NCBI GenBank assembly: GCA_048882325.1
Contig: JBHLRS010000009.1
Coordinates: 1 to 64,000, forward strand
From: Candidatus Thorarchaeota archaeon
GTDB taxonomy: Archaea > Asgardarchaeota > Thorarchaeia > Thorarchaeales > Thorarchaeaceae
DNA length: 64,000 nt
Direction of reading: 5' to 3'
The notes below the pieces were generated by a model. That model saw only the letters and a list, made by a program, of their open reading frames with translations, searched no databases and was not told the DNA's origin. Position numbers and translations under genes: made by a program. Positions 29,039 through 39,544 of the stretch are shown piece after piece. Each line of letters opens with the position of its first letter. The first letter of the stretch is position 1.

Positions 29039-30015
29039 AATATATCTTGGTCATCTGTACGCCATTTTGGTAGCACATGTGAGTTCTCCACTTCTACTTG
29101 TTGACCTGCGTTATACTGAAGAATTCCATTCCAAGCAATCATTGCACCTTGGTCACCAGCTAATGACGGAGACACACGATGAAATGCAGCCTCATGTCTT
29201 TTGGCGACACCGTCCAGGATTTCGGTGAGACGATTATTACGCGCTACGCCGCCTGTCAAAAGAAGTTCATTTTTCTTGGTGTGTGCTATTGCACGTTCAG
29301 CTATCTCTGCAATCATCCCAAACGCTGTTTCTTGGACACTGTAGCAGATATCCGGTATAGAAACGCTCTCTGTCCGAAGTCTTTTTGCAGCAGTCAACAT
29401 TCCTGAATAACTCAGGTCCATCCCCTTCACGGAGTACGGAAGATTATGGTAGGTTTCTCCGTTCTTGGCTTCTCTTTCAACGATAGGACCAGCTGGAAAA
29501 TCCATTCCCAGCTCACGACCAAGCACATCTAGCATATTTCCAATTGCGATGTCCAAAGTTTCACCAAAAGTTCTGAACCTTTTCCCTGCAAATGCAATGA
29601 CTTGCGTGTTACCTCCAGAAACATACACTGTCACTGGATCAGTGAAGTTGGACTCCAAACAACCGATTTCAATATGAGCAACACAGTGGTTTACATCTAC
29701 GAGAGGAGTCTCTAGTTTGAGGGCTAATGTCCTAGCAATCGTTGCAGTGGTTCTCAAGCAAGGACCAAGACCAGGGCCTCGAGAGAAAGCAATGAGGTCT
29801 ATGTCTTGAAATCTGATGCCAGCCTTTCGGATGGCTTCTTTGATTATGCCAGGCCCAAGCTCTGAATGATGACGACTGGCTTCACGCGGGTGGATTCCGC
29901 CTTGAGATGGTTTGAGCATGTCCCACTCATTTGAAAGAACCTTTCCTTCACTTGTCACAACTCCAGCACCGAACGAGTGAGCGGTTCCTTCGATTCCAAG
30001 ACAGGTCATCGTCAT
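29029..30015 (-). CDS. kae1: KEOPS t6A synthase Kae1
   Basis: GIEGTAH, NHCVAHIE, VSGGNTQ, WRTD. Confidence 0.95.
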   Translation of the reverse strand: MTMTCLGIEGTAHSFGAGVVTSEGKVLSNEWDMLKPSQGGIHPREASRHHSELGPGIIKEAIRKAGIRFQDIDLIAFSRGPGLGPCLRTTATIARTLALKLETPLVDVNHCVAHIEIGCLESNFTDPVTVYVSGGNTQVIAFAGKRFRTFGETLDIAIGNMLDVLGRELGMDFPAGPIVEREAKNGETYHNLPYSVKGMDLSYSGMLTAAKRLRTESVSIPDICYSVQETAFGMIAEIAERAIAHTKKNELLLTGGVARNNRLTEILDGVAKRHEAAFHRVSPSLAGDQGAMIAWNGILQYNAGQQVEVENSHVLPKWRTDDQDILWR

Positions 30016-30159
30016 CTTTCATTAATCCTGAGAGATATTATGGTAGATTTGTGATATCATCTTAAGTTGACTCTTACGCTTGGACCATATTGAAATGTAT
30101 CTTCATCTAGCAAAGGCTTTATAATGCACTTAGAAGGCCACTCTTGAGAGGTGTCCTGA

Positions 30160-30387
30160 GTGTCAGAGAAGATGCCAATAAAAGCCTTAGAACAGCAACT
30201 CAATGATATTGTTTCAATCAAACTTAAAGACCAGAGAATATTCCGAGGGCGCTTAACAAGATGCGACATGTATATGAATCTCACACTCGCGGATGCGGAA
30301 GAGGTTGAGGAAGATCAGACCAAAGCAAAATACGGTCAGGTGCTGGTAAGAGGAAACAATATTCTGTGGATTCAGATTCCTGAGTAG
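30160..30387 (+). CDS. Sm/Lsm family RNA-binding protein
   Basis: GRLTRCDMYMNLTLADAEE, VLVRGNNI. Confidence 0.92.
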   Translation: MSEKMPIKALEQQLNDIVSIKLKDQRIFRGRLTRCDMYMNLTLADAEEVEEDQTKAKYGQVLVRGNNILWIQIPE

Positions 30388-30407
30388 GTCATGGGATTCC
30401 ACAAGTT

Positions 30408-32432
30408 CTACCGCTCAATCTCGCGGCGATACCGTTCAACTAGCTCTACCAGCTGATCCTCTCCCTTCTGCCTAGCTTCTTCACGTACATTTCTAATGAA
30501 TGTCTGTAGCTGCTGGTTGAACTTGCCACGGCTTATGAAAGCAAATTCATCCACTCGTTGGAGTTCAACTTCTTTAGCGTCAATGACAGGAATAAGTGCC
30601 TTAATCAGCTCTTCCCGTGGGAGATGGGAGAGTGGTGTATCCACAACAACCGCCCTAATCTCACGATCTATTAGTATCCCAGCAGTCTGAGGTCCTCCTC
30701 CTGAAGCGTCTTCGAAGAGAACCACATCTCCACTTTTCAGACCTACTTTACCTACAAAATCCTCTATGCTCTCTCGAGTGAAGTGTGGGATGACTTTAAC
30801 TGCAAGCATATCTCCGCGCATTTCCAGTCGTTTCACACCCTTTAGATGTTCGAGACGTTTGCTTAGTGTGTCCACTTGTTTCTTTAACGAAGTTGACTCT
30901 CGTCGCGACTTTTTCAAAGTTGACTTGATTTTCTCAATCTCACGGTCTCGCTTAATCTTCCAGTGATTTTCTCGATTTACTATCTCAAGACTCTCTGTTA
31001 GCTCGCTTTCCCTAAACTTGAGGAATTCAATGAACCGCTGCATATCCTCAATTTTCTCCAACAGAACCTTGTTTTCGGAGTCAAGATGTTCAGTCTTTAG
31101 CTTCAAAGCCTCAAACCGTTCAGGAGTAAGTGGTTCCTCCTGTTCGACAGGTGGTTGCTCTGGAACACTCTCGATGGGTTCTGTTATTTCGCTCTCAATC
31201 TTTGCTAGAGCCTCATTGATTGAAGAGCCTTTTATCACGAGAGCCTTGAGGTAGTTGCGGTCAACAGATAACTGTTCATCCCGTATCATTCTGTCAATCT
31301 GCTGCAACTTTGGAAGAAGACTCCTGTATGCATAGACAGCAGCTGTTAATGCATCACGTTCATGGGCATTTCTGATCTTCATCTCACTCCCATATTCTCG
31401 GGCCAATTCCTGCTTGTCTGAAACAGCAATAGGTTTCTTAGGGGTGAAAATGGTCGCATTCACTGTGTGGGCTATTTTCTCAACAAAGTGAGGAACTTGT
31501 GGAACATCTGAGGCTACAACTGCAGGAATGCCTTTCTCGTACACTTCTCGTATGATGTCTGCTCTGGTGAGTCCCTTCTTACTTCTCAGGACTCGGATTT
31601 TACCATTCAGTGATAGAAGGCAATATGCTGCTGTCGTGCCTGGATCAATTCCTAGGATGTAATACTTGGGTTTCAGGTCCGATGCCATAGGTCGAGGTTC
31701 AAGGGAGAGAAACTCTACTCTTTTACGAACTGGTGAGATAATGATATTGAAATCCCCACCTCTCTTTGATTCAACAAGACTACGAATTGCTGGTAAAGGA
31801 GCATAAGTGATAAGTCTTGAACTCGCATACCCGAAATCAGATGTACGGACGTCAAGATCATATTCTATCTCAGCAGCCTTCAATTGTGATTCTATGAAGC
31901 GAGTCATCTGTTGAATTTCTGAGTGTACCCTACGACGATATCTATTTGCGCTTTGTCCGCCTCGTCCAGGTTTACGACCTCTGGTCACTTTGATTTCGGT
32001 CTGTTCTCCAAAGCATTCCAGTGAATAACCGACCCCTCTTGATGCCAACAGTGCTGCAATACGTGCGGATTCCAGTGGTGTGGGTTTGCCTCTGGAAATC
32101 AGCCCGTGACGTTTTGCTAGTATCTTCAGAGGAGTTTGACGAGGTGGGACTCCAGTAACCTGTACGATTCTGGTTTCCGTTGGAATCCTATCAACAAGAT
32201 GAAAGAGTGATTTTGTGTCAGGGACTATCTCGAAGATATTATCTGTACAGAGCCACTTGGGTTTGACTTCACGAACCAGTTTCAGTAATGCACCTCTGGA
32301 TATCTCTGGATATTCATTCAGGACAATCTCATCTCTAGTAATCACACAAGCGAATTTTGGCGCTCTCTTTGAATTTGCACTGTATGAAGGAAGTATGTCA
32401 AAACCTATGATGAATACACCATCGTCGCCCAT
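30408..32432 (-). CDS. DUF460 family RNase H-fold/coiled-coil protein
   Basis: GGQSANRYRR, ILGIDPGTT, HERDALTAA, long coiled coil. Confidence 0.85.
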   Translation of the reverse strand: MGDDGVFIIGFDILPSYSANSKRAPKFACVITRDEIVLNEYPEISRGALLKLVREVKPKWLCTDNIFEIVPDTKSLFHLVDRIPTETRIVQVTGVPPRQTPLKILAKRHGLISRGKPTPLESARIAALLASRGVGYSLECFGEQTEIKVTRGRKPGRGGQSANRYRRRVHSEIQQMTRFIESQLKAAEIEYDLDVRTSDFGYASSRLITYAPLPAIRSLVESKRGGDFNIIISPVRKRVEFLSLEPRPMASDLKPKYYILGIDPGTTAAYCLLSLNGKIRVLRSKKGLTRADIIREVYEKGIPAVVASDVPQVPHFVEKIAHTVNATIFTPKKPIAVSDKQELAREYGSEMKIRNAHERDALTAAVYAYRSLLPKLQQIDRMIRDEQLSVDRNYLKALVIKGSSINEALAKIESEITEPIESVPEQPPVEQEEPLTPERFEALKLKTEHLDSENKVLLEKIEDMQRFIEFLKFRESELTESLEIVNRENHWKIKRDREIEKIKSTLKKSRRESTSLKKQVDTLSKRLEHLKGVKRLEMRGDMLAVKVIPHFTRESIEDFVGKVGLKSGDVVLFEDASGGGPQTAGILIDREIRAVVVDTPLSHLPREELIKALIPVIDAKEVELQRVDEFAFISRGKFNQQLQTFIRNVREEARQKGEDQLVELVERYRREIER

Positions 32433-32574
32433 TGCAGTACTACAAACTACATAGTGGTATTGAACCTATTTATTCTCTCAATATTGAACAAATGACGAAA
32501 TTGGTCATCCTCAAACAACAACTATAATAAAGCCGGGTTTGAGCAACGACCAATACTCATTCGAGGTGTAACAA

Positions 32575-32856
32575 CTGTCCGAAACACTTGAAATCAACAA
32601 TGACGATGCAATTTTGCGAATTGGACGCGCCCTTTCATCAGGAACTCGGCTGAAAATTTTGAAGATTCTACTTCAGGGAGAGAAAGACGTAACACGAGTG
32701 GCTAGACACCTCGGCGGGACCGAAGCTAATGCCAGTGCTCAGATTAAGATTTTGAAGGATGCTGATTTACTGGATTGTAGATACGAACCCGGTCAGCATG
32801 GTCTCAAGAAAATATCATGGACCAAGATTAAACGCATCATCATTGACTTGGAATGA
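32575..32856 (+). CDS. ArsR-family HTH regulator
   Basis: ALSSGTRLKIL, ANASAQIKILKDADL; CTG start inferred from the SD (track start 32614). Confidence 0.8.
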   Translation: MSETLEINNDDAILRIGRALSSGTRLKILKILLQGEKDVTRVARHLGGTEANASAQIKILKDADLLDCRYEPGQHGLKKISWTKIKRIIIDLE

Positions 32857-32906
32857 TTCTCTCTTCCAGATAAGATTGACAAACACTAGTCTGTTGGAGA
32901 GCCGAA

Positions 32907-33509
32907 CTAAGCAGCTAAATGTGCTTTCCAACGGCGAATTCTTTTCAGTATATTATCACGTTCGTCAGGACGAATAGTTTTCTTTCCGCGAGCTTCAAGG
33001 AAGTTTAGAACTATATCCATATCTCTTCCTACCTTCCCCTTTTTGGATTCAGTATCATCATCAATAAGGTATTCTCTCGCAGCTTGTAGATATTCATAGA
33101 TTATCTCTGCGGGTGCTTCTCCTGTACGAAGCTCGTGTGCAATCGGATCAAGAACTCTATTCACTTTCGCACTGTTATTGGTTTCTGGATCTTCGGGTAC
33201 AGGTGTTTCAAAAGTAGGTTCATTTGGAGGTTTAGAATCGTCAATTTCTGAAGGTGGTGCTGGTGTTGCTTCTTGAGACTCTGAGTTTGGTGTCTTTATT
33301 TCAGAGAAGAGTGGGAGAATTGATGGAGATGTTTCTGACGCTGTACTGGAAACAAGGTTTAGACGGCTGCGTAGTTCACGGAGTTGGTCAAAAAGCTCTA
33401 CAAGACCAGATTGCATTGAATCAATCAGTTGTTTAATCTCGTTTAGGTCGTCTTCAGTCAATTGATAGGTAACCCCGATTGTTTTTGTCGTATCCGAGAG
33501 AAACTCCAT
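32907..33509 (-). CDS. hypothetical protein (coiled coil - P/E/T linker - helical domain)
   Basis: 200-aa ORF directly downstream of herA. Confidence 0.7.
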   Translation of the reverse strand: MEFLSDTTKTIGVTYQLTEDDLNEIKQLIDSMQSGLVELFDQLRELRSRLNLVSSTASETSPSILPLFSEIKTPNSESQEATPAPPSEIDDSKPPNEPTFETPVPEDPETNNSAKVNRVLDPIAHELRTGEAPAEIIYEYLQAAREYLIDDDTESKKGKVGRDMDIVLNFLEARGKKTIRPDERDNILKRIRRWKAHLAA

Positions 33510-33542
33510 TCTTTCATCTTATCAGGATTGTGGGGAGGGACA

Positions 33543-35057
33543 CTATTTGTCAGATTTCTTCACAGCATCGGACAGGCTTTTGATTATACCAGTTGGTTCA
33601 AATTTCCGCTGACGTATTTTGACAAATGTGGGAACTGCTACCGTTTCGCCAACAAAAAGCGATTCACCAATTTCAAGAGTAGTGATCGAGTCCAATGAAG
33701 AGCGATCGATACCCTCACTTGACTTACCAATATGGTCCAGATCGTATGGATTTGTGCATCTGAAGATGGCTTGATTGCTACATTGACTTAGAACTGTCGT
33801 GGAGAGTTTCACCGGTCTTTGAGAGATTAAGCAGAGAAGTGCGTAGAACTTTCTACCTTCTCGTGCAATTGTTTCAATACGACTCTTTGGTAAGGCGAGC
33901 TCGTGTCGGCTCTCAGGACAAAACTGGTGAGCCTCCTCAAGAACTAGTAAGAACGGTGGAATCTGCTCACGTCGCCTTAGATGGAGAAGTTCACTAGCCA
34001 AGTGGGAAACGATGATTTGCTTCTTCTTAAGACTAATAAAATCGCTTAGGTCAATCAAGGTGATTTTCCCTGGCCTCACTACTGTATTGATGTTTGGAAC
34101 AGCCTCTTTCCCGAAAAGTCCGGTTTCATCAAGATTGATCAACCAGCCAGAAAGTGCCTCACGTGTGTTCTTGCTGATTTTTTCATCACTCTGGACATAC
34201 TCTACAACATCTGCTAACGTGTATCCCTCTCTCAGTGAGCTCTTCATCTCTGACACAACTCTGCGCAAGTCTCTGACTTGAATTGAACTCATGTCTGATA
34301 CAAGAGACCCTATCGCTTCTGCAGAAAGCGTTTGGACAGGTATCTGAAAATGTGAACCTCTGATATGCTCAATCTCAAATTGTCCTTTCGGTAATCCAAG
34401 GGCTTCAGGAGTGATATCCTGCAGATATGTGTATTCACCATGTACATCTACGACAACCACCGAAAGTCGACCTCTTTCCTTAAGCCGGGAGAGTAGCTCC
34501 TCCAGAAGAACTGACACAAAATAGGACTTGCCAGCACCGCTCATTGCTAGTATTGCTAGATGTTTGGAAAGTAAACGGTCAAGTGATGGGGCAAACTCCA
34601 GATTTTGATATGCTAACCGACCAAGATGAAGACCTTTTTCCAAGTCTAGTTTCAGAAAGGAGGCAAGAATATCTTCGTCAACTCTTCTAACAACAGCTCC
34701 TGGAGACACTGCAAAGTACGGTCGAACGGTTCGACCTTCACTCCATAGACCCAAAACCCTTGCCATAGCAATTGTGTACTGCCATCGGTCTGTTGGAAAG
34801 ATCGATCGCAGTGGTTCGCCCCTTGATTGGTATTCGCGAACTGCTTCTGCATGTTGGTAATATCGGTTTGTACGTATTAAATCTTGAACCCTCGCTATCA
34901 CTGTACCTGCATCAGTGACAACTGAAATGAATTCCCCACGGCGTGCAACAATTTCTTTAGGTCCACCTTCGAGCACAAATGAAAATTCCATTACACTTGG
35001 ACCAGCATCAGTTGAAACAACGGTTCCAAGTCGTGTGGTTGATGAAAATTCAGCCAT
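33543..35057 (-). CDS. herA: HerA helicase/translocase
   Basis: HAS barrel, AMSGAGKS, DVHGEY, LEEAHQF, AREGRK, SQRP; adjacent to nurA. Confidence 0.92.
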   Translation of the reverse strand: MAEFSSTTRLGTVVSTDAGPSVMEFSFVLEGGPKEIVARRGEFISVVTDAGTVIARVQDLIRTNRYYQHAEAVREYQSRGEPLRSIFPTDRWQYTIAMARVLGLWSEGRTVRPYFAVSPGAVVRRVDEDILASFLKLDLEKGLHLGRLAYQNLEFAPSLDRLLSKHLAILAMSGAGKSYFVSVLLEELLSRLKERGRLSVVVVDVHGEYTYLQDITPEALGLPKGQFEIEHIRGSHFQIPVQTLSAEAIGSLVSDMSSIQVRDLRRVVSEMKSSLREGYTLADVVEYVQSDEKISKNTREALSGWLINLDETGLFGKEAVPNINTVVRPGKITLIDLSDFISLKKKQIIVSHLASELLHLRRREQIPPFLLVLEEAHQFCPESRHELALPKSRIETIAREGRKFYALLCLISQRPVKLSTTVLSQCSNQAIFRCTNPYDLDHIGKSSEGIDRSSLDSITTLEIGESLFVGETVAVPTFVKIRQRKFEPTGIIKSLSDAVKKSDK

Positions 35058-35060
35058 TTG

Positions 35061-36224
35061 TTAGCCTCCAAAAGGATTTCTTGAACGTCTTTTCTCAAGT
35101 GTCAAATAGGTGAGCCCAGATAAAGCCATGAGACGGTCGATGATTAATCGTGTTTCATTGGTAGTAATCTTTGCCCTTGCATCAGCCTCAAGAATTGGAG
35201 TAGGCACTCCGTACTCAGGATGCTGTGAAGCTAAGGGGAGTATCGCAGAAAGAGCTTTATCCAGTTTGTCTGTGACTGCATCATCGTCCTCAGCTGAAAG
35301 ATACTCCACTCTTATTGGTAAATCATCTCTTGCAGTCTTCAGATATGTGACCCAGATTGATGATGCCCAGGCAGACAAATCATCACTCGGAGAATTTGTA
35401 TTAAGAACAAGCTCTGATGAGTATCGAAATGCAAAGGACCTTTCTCCTTCCTCCAAGAATGTATCAAGGAGATCACAGTCTCGAGATATTTTGAGTAACC
35501 ATCTATAGTCAACTCCTTGCATCATTTCGAAGATTTCTGGTTTTCGAACAATGTGAGGAAGAATTTCACCCATTATCGTAGCTACACGTGTTGATCTACT
35601 ATCTTTGACAATACCGATCAACGTTGTACCTTTCTTCCGGGCTTTGTGATAGAGTTGTTTGTAAAGAGATAGAACCTCTTGGAATTTCTCATATACAATA
35701 GAACCGGTTTGGGGACGGTCTCGAGGGTGATAGAATAAGGATCCATCCAATAGTATCAAATCCGTGTGATACTCTTCAAGAACTGATAGTGTGACTCTGA
35801 GTTCTGCTGCAATTCGTTCTAGTGATGCAAACTGGTCCAATTCAATACTAGACAATGTTAACATTAGTGGACTTATTTTTGGTTCAGGAAATGCATCAGG
35901 ATAGAAATCAACAATTGGACCATCTTCTGGTCCAAATTGGAAAATAACAGCAACCCCCCGCGTCAAGACCAAGTCCATCGATCTAAATCGTTTTCTGACC
36001 AAACCCCCATCAATCCCCGCAATTCTGAGACCTGATAGATTTGTAGGTTCTATCTTCGTGTAGAACTGTTTGTCAACAATATTCGACGCAACCGCTGGGA
36101 ATTTGCCTAGGTCAATTTTACTTCTGACATTTCTGAGGACATCGCCAAAGCGTTCTCTTGTCACCTCGATATGCTCAATCTCCTCAACCAATTTTGATAG
36201 TAACTTATCGAGGTTTCTTTCCAC
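35061..36224 (-). CDS. nurA: NurA nuclease
   Basis: AGIDGG, LLDGSL, GIVKDS, YGVPTPI. Confidence 0.88.
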   Translation of the reverse strand: MERNLDKLLSKLVEEIEHIEVTRERFGDVLRNVRSKIDLGKFPAVASNIVDKQFYTKIEPTNLSGLRIAGIDGGLVRKRFRSMDLVLTRGVAVIFQFGPEDGPIVDFYPDAFPEPKISPLMLTLSSIELDQFASLERIAAELRVTLSVLEEYHTDLILLDGSLFYHPRDRPQTGSIVYEKFQEVLSLYKQLYHKARKKGTTLIGIVKDSRSTRVATIMGEILPHIVRKPEIFEMMQGVDYRWLLKISRDCDLLDTFLEEGERSFAFRYSSELVLNTNSPSDDLSAWASSIWVTYLKTARDDLPIRVEYLSAEDDDAVTDKLDKALSAILPLASQHPEYGVPTPILEADARAKITTNETRLIIDRLMALSGLTYLTLEKRRSRNPFGG

Positions 36225-37906
36225 TACTTCTTCACTCTCACCTTTCTGTATTCCAGAGCAGCCTTAATTAATCCCAAGTAGAGTGGATGGGGCTTGTCGG
36301 GACGAGACTTGAACTCCGGGTGGTATTGTACTCCAATCCAGAAGGGGTGGTCGACCAGCTCAATTGCGTTGATGATTCGACCAGTTGAGTCGAAAGCAGA
36401 AACTCGTAGACCCTGTTCATCCATTTTATTCAAATACCGATCAATCAGGTGATACCTGTGACGAAATCTCTCATGTACCTTGTCGGTACCATAGAGTTTG
36501 TGTAAACGAGTGCCTTCAACAATGTGAACATCATGGCCACCAAGACGCATTGTTCCACCCTTATCATCAATGCTTTTCTGTTCATCCAACAAGTCAACCA
36601 CAGGATAAAGGCTGTCAATATCTACCTCTGTGGTATGAGCTCCTTTCCAATCCATCACGTTCCTAGCAAATGCTATTGTAGAGAGCTGAGCACCATAACA
36701 AATGCCTAGGAGTGGTATCTTTGAAGTTAATGCAACAGAAGCAGCACATATCATTCCTTCGACACCACGTTCTCCAAAACCAGGAGTTAGAAGAACACCA
36801 TCTACTTCTGACAAATCTTCATTAAGAAACTCCTCAGTGCATCGTTCTTCAGTTTCAACCCATCGTATCTCAATCTTAGCACCGCATGCAGCTGCTGCAT
36901 GAACTAAAGCTTGGTTGATGCTCTTATACGAATCTCCAAGTGTCGTGTATTTGCCTGGCATTGCAATTACGACAGATTCCGTAGCAGTTTGATAGGACTC
37001 TACCATTTTGGACCAGGTTTCGGTGTTGGGTGTCTGTGATTTCATCCCGAAGTGTTCAACGAGAATGTTTCCAAGACCTTCCTCCTCGAATAAGAGTGGG
37101 AGTTGGTAAATCACAGGAATATCTGGGTTTGAAATAACCCTCTCTGTGGGAATGTTACAGAATAAGGCTATCTTCTCCTTTGCAGCGTCTGGAAGTTTGC
37201 TCTCTGCTCTGCAGATTGTTACATCTGGCTGGAGTCCTAAACTCTGAAGTGTTCTGACACTGTGCTGTGTTGGTTTGGTCTTGAACTCTCCAACTGATTT
37301 TATGTAAGGTACAAGAGTGACATGTACAACAGCGGTACGAGACCTCCCCAACTCGCGTACAATCTGTCGCACAGCCTCGAGAAATGGCATTGCCTCAATA
37401 TCGCCTACCGTACCACCTATTTCTACAAGAAGAACATCAGGAATGGGTTCTTTTTCTATAACATCCCATATTCTTTGTTTTATTCTCTCAGTAATGTGAG
37501 GAATGATTTGAACTGTCCGCCCAAGAAAGCCACCTTTTCGTTCCTCCAGAATCACTGAGATGTAAATTTGCCCTGATGTGATATTCTGAGAGGGGTGTAC
37601 CTCCATTCCAGTAAATCGTTCATAGGTTCCAAAGTCCAAGTCAATCTCTGAGATTGTAAATTCAAAACCTTCGACCGGTTGAAATGTCCAAGTCTGATCT
37701 GTCACAAAGACCTCTCCATGTTCTATTGGATTCAGAGTACCAGGGTCAATGTTCAGATATGGGTCAATCTTGATTATTCGAATACTATATCCTCTGAACT
37801 GAAACAGTTTTGCAATAGATGCAGTGGTGACTCCCTTTCCAATACCTGAGAGAACTCCACCTGTAATGAACACAAAATTTGGTCTTTCTCGCATAGAATC
37901 CAACAT
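36224..37906 (-). CDS. pyrG: CTP synthase
   Basis: TGGVLSGIGKG, KTKPTQHSV, GICYG, QYHPE. Confidence 0.96.
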   Translation of the reverse strand: MLDSMRERPNFVFITGGVLSGIGKGVTTASIAKLFQFRGYSIRIIKIDPYLNIDPGTLNPIEHGEVFVTDQTWTFQPVEGFEFTISEIDLDFGTYERFTGMEVHPSQNITSGQIYISVILEERKGGFLGRTVQIIPHITERIKQRIWDVIEKEPIPDVLLVEIGGTVGDIEAMPFLEAVRQIVRELGRSRTAVVHVTLVPYIKSVGEFKTKPTQHSVRTLQSLGLQPDVTICRAESKLPDAAKEKIALFCNIPTERVISNPDIPVIYQLPLLFEEEGLGNILVEHFGMKSQTPNTETWSKMVESYQTATESVVIAMPGKYTTLGDSYKSINQALVHAAAACGAKIEIRWVETEERCTEEFLNEDLSEVDGVLLTPGFGERGVEGMICAASVALTSKIPLLGICYGAQLSTIAFARNVMDWKGAHTTEVDIDSLYPVVDLLDEQKSIDDKGGTMRLGGHDVHIVEGTRLHKLYGTDKVHERFRHRYHLIDRYLNKMDEQGLRVSAFDSTGRIINAIELVDHPFWIGVQYHPEFKSRPDKPHPLYLGLIKAALEYRKVRVKK

Positions 37907-38026
37907 AAGTGACCTCAGAAATAGTTTTGGGACAGTACCTATTGCCTAGGTCTAATTATGTGACTGCGGTCACATCGGGTCGTATAAATGGTTTGCCAGA
38001 TGTTTCTGTGATTGAGCATTTCGCGC

Positions 38027-38608
38027 TCATGAAACTGGTTGAGCAAGTATACTTGCACGCATAGCACTCTGAAAGAGATACTGAAATGCTTCCATAATGT
38101 TATGACCCTCTCTAGCGACGCTCCTGAAGACAGGCACAGATGATGGAATTCTCAAGTGTGACCTAAGCTGTTCTTCTTGTATGGCACTTGGGAGATCTTG
38201 TTTGTTGAGACACACGATTAACGGCAGAGGTCGCTCCTCCTCTTCAATCATTGACATTAACTCATTCCAACTTGCCAGATTTTCATCAAGGAGATGTTCT
38301 TGAGAGTCTGCAACAAAAATCACTCCATCGGCCCCGACCAGCACGACTTCACGTGTAGACCTATAGAAGTCTTGACCTGTGGCAGACCAAACATGTGCAT
38401 TGATTGTCCAACTATTACTCAGTGAAAAAGGAATAGTGCCAAAATCACAAAACATTGTTCTTCCAACAGTGTTCTCAATTGATGTCAGTTTCTCAGCATA
38501 GTCTAATGAAGAAAACAGCCAACGAATCGAGGTTGTTTTTCCACTCATTGCAGGTCCAAAGAAGACTATCTTGAGTCCCACCGTACGATTGCCATAGTCG
38601 ATTATCAC
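38027..38608 (-). CDS. small Ras-superfamily GTPase, MglA-like
   Basis: GPAMSGKTT, GRTMFCDF, SATGQ, NKQD, SVA. Confidence 0.9.
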   Translation of the reverse strand: MIIDYGNRTVGLKIVFFGPAMSGKTTSIRWLFSSLDYAEKLTSIENTVGRTMFCDFGTIPFSLSNSWTINAHVWSATGQDFYRSTREVVLVGADGVIFVADSQEHLLDENLASWNELMSMIEEEERPLPLIVCLNKQDLPSAIQEEQLRSHLRIPSSVPVFRSVAREGHNIMEAFQYLFQSAMRASILAQPVS

Positions 38609-38623
38609 TTATCTGACCCCCAG

Positions 38624-39544
38624 TCATGTTCCCCACATGCTGTCTACCCACGCTCCGAGTCCCGACAAAGCTCCGCTTTTTACACAATCAGAGAAATCTT
38701 CATGCCATTCAGCTCTTATGAATTGAATCAAATCAGGAAGCTCTCCTCCATCCCATCCAATGGCTTCATAGAGGTTTCTCTCTGTCAATGTTGTGGATGC
38801 GCCAAGTTCCCTAGCTAGACGAATTCTTGACAATAGAGTGACTGCTCTACGGGCTGCATGAACATAGTTGTTTATCTCTTCTTCAAACACATCTTGTGTG
38901 AGTTTCTCTGACTCGTCATCTAGTTTCAGAACAGCATTGAGAATGTGCTCTGAAACTTTGAGTCCACGAAGTGACTTAGTGAGGAGTCGTCTGATACGTT
39001 CTAGAGATTGTTTCTTTCTCACCAGGATCTTGTTCACAATTTTCTTCTCAACCTCAAGACTGCTATTTGATGGTCTAACAAGTGAGAAAGTAATGGATGA
39101 TGGTGAACTCACTCTTAATATTCCACAGTTGCCTGAATTTTTGAGAATATGAGCGGTTACATCTTGGAGCGTACTTTCAGTTACTTGTACACCTAGCACT
39201 GTGAAACCGAGAGGTACAGCAAGGATCCAACCTGCAAAGTGTGAGATTCTATCCATTGCTAGTCGAAGATTCCCTGAGAGACCACAAACAATAGTCCTAC
39301 TCACCTCATAGTTGTGTTTTTCCTCCTCCCATACTGCGAGAATCTCGGATTCGGAAGTGAAATCACGCCAGAACACAAGTTTGTGTCGATGAGGACAGAG
39401 AGTAGTCAGACTCTCTGTGATATCATCTACTAGTTCGATATCCTCACCTGCGACAATCACTGGCATCCGTTCCAGTAATGCATTCAATAGAAGAGGAAAT
39501 TGGTCGCCCATCAACTCGATTAATTTCATGATTGAGTATGTCAT
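38624..39544 (-). CDS. putative DENN/folliculin-like domain protein
   Basis: ALLERMPVIVAGEDIELVDDITESLTTLCP resembles the cDENN core; lies between roadblock and GTPase genes. Confidence 0.55.
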   Translation of the reverse strand: MTYSIMKLIELMGDQFPLLLNALLERMPVIVAGEDIELVDDITESLTTLCPHRHKLVFWRDFTSESEILAVWEEEKHNYEVSRTIVCGLSGNLRLAMDRISHFAGWILAVPLGFTVLGVQVTESTLQDVTAHILKNSGNCGILRVSSPSSITFSLVRPSNSSLEVEKKIVNKILVRKKQSLERIRRLLTKSLRGLKVSEHILNAVLKLDDESEKLTQDVFEEEINNYVHAARRAVTLLSRIRLARELGASTTLTERNLYEAIGWDGGELPDLIQFIRAEWHEDFSDCVKSGALSGLGAWVDSMWGT

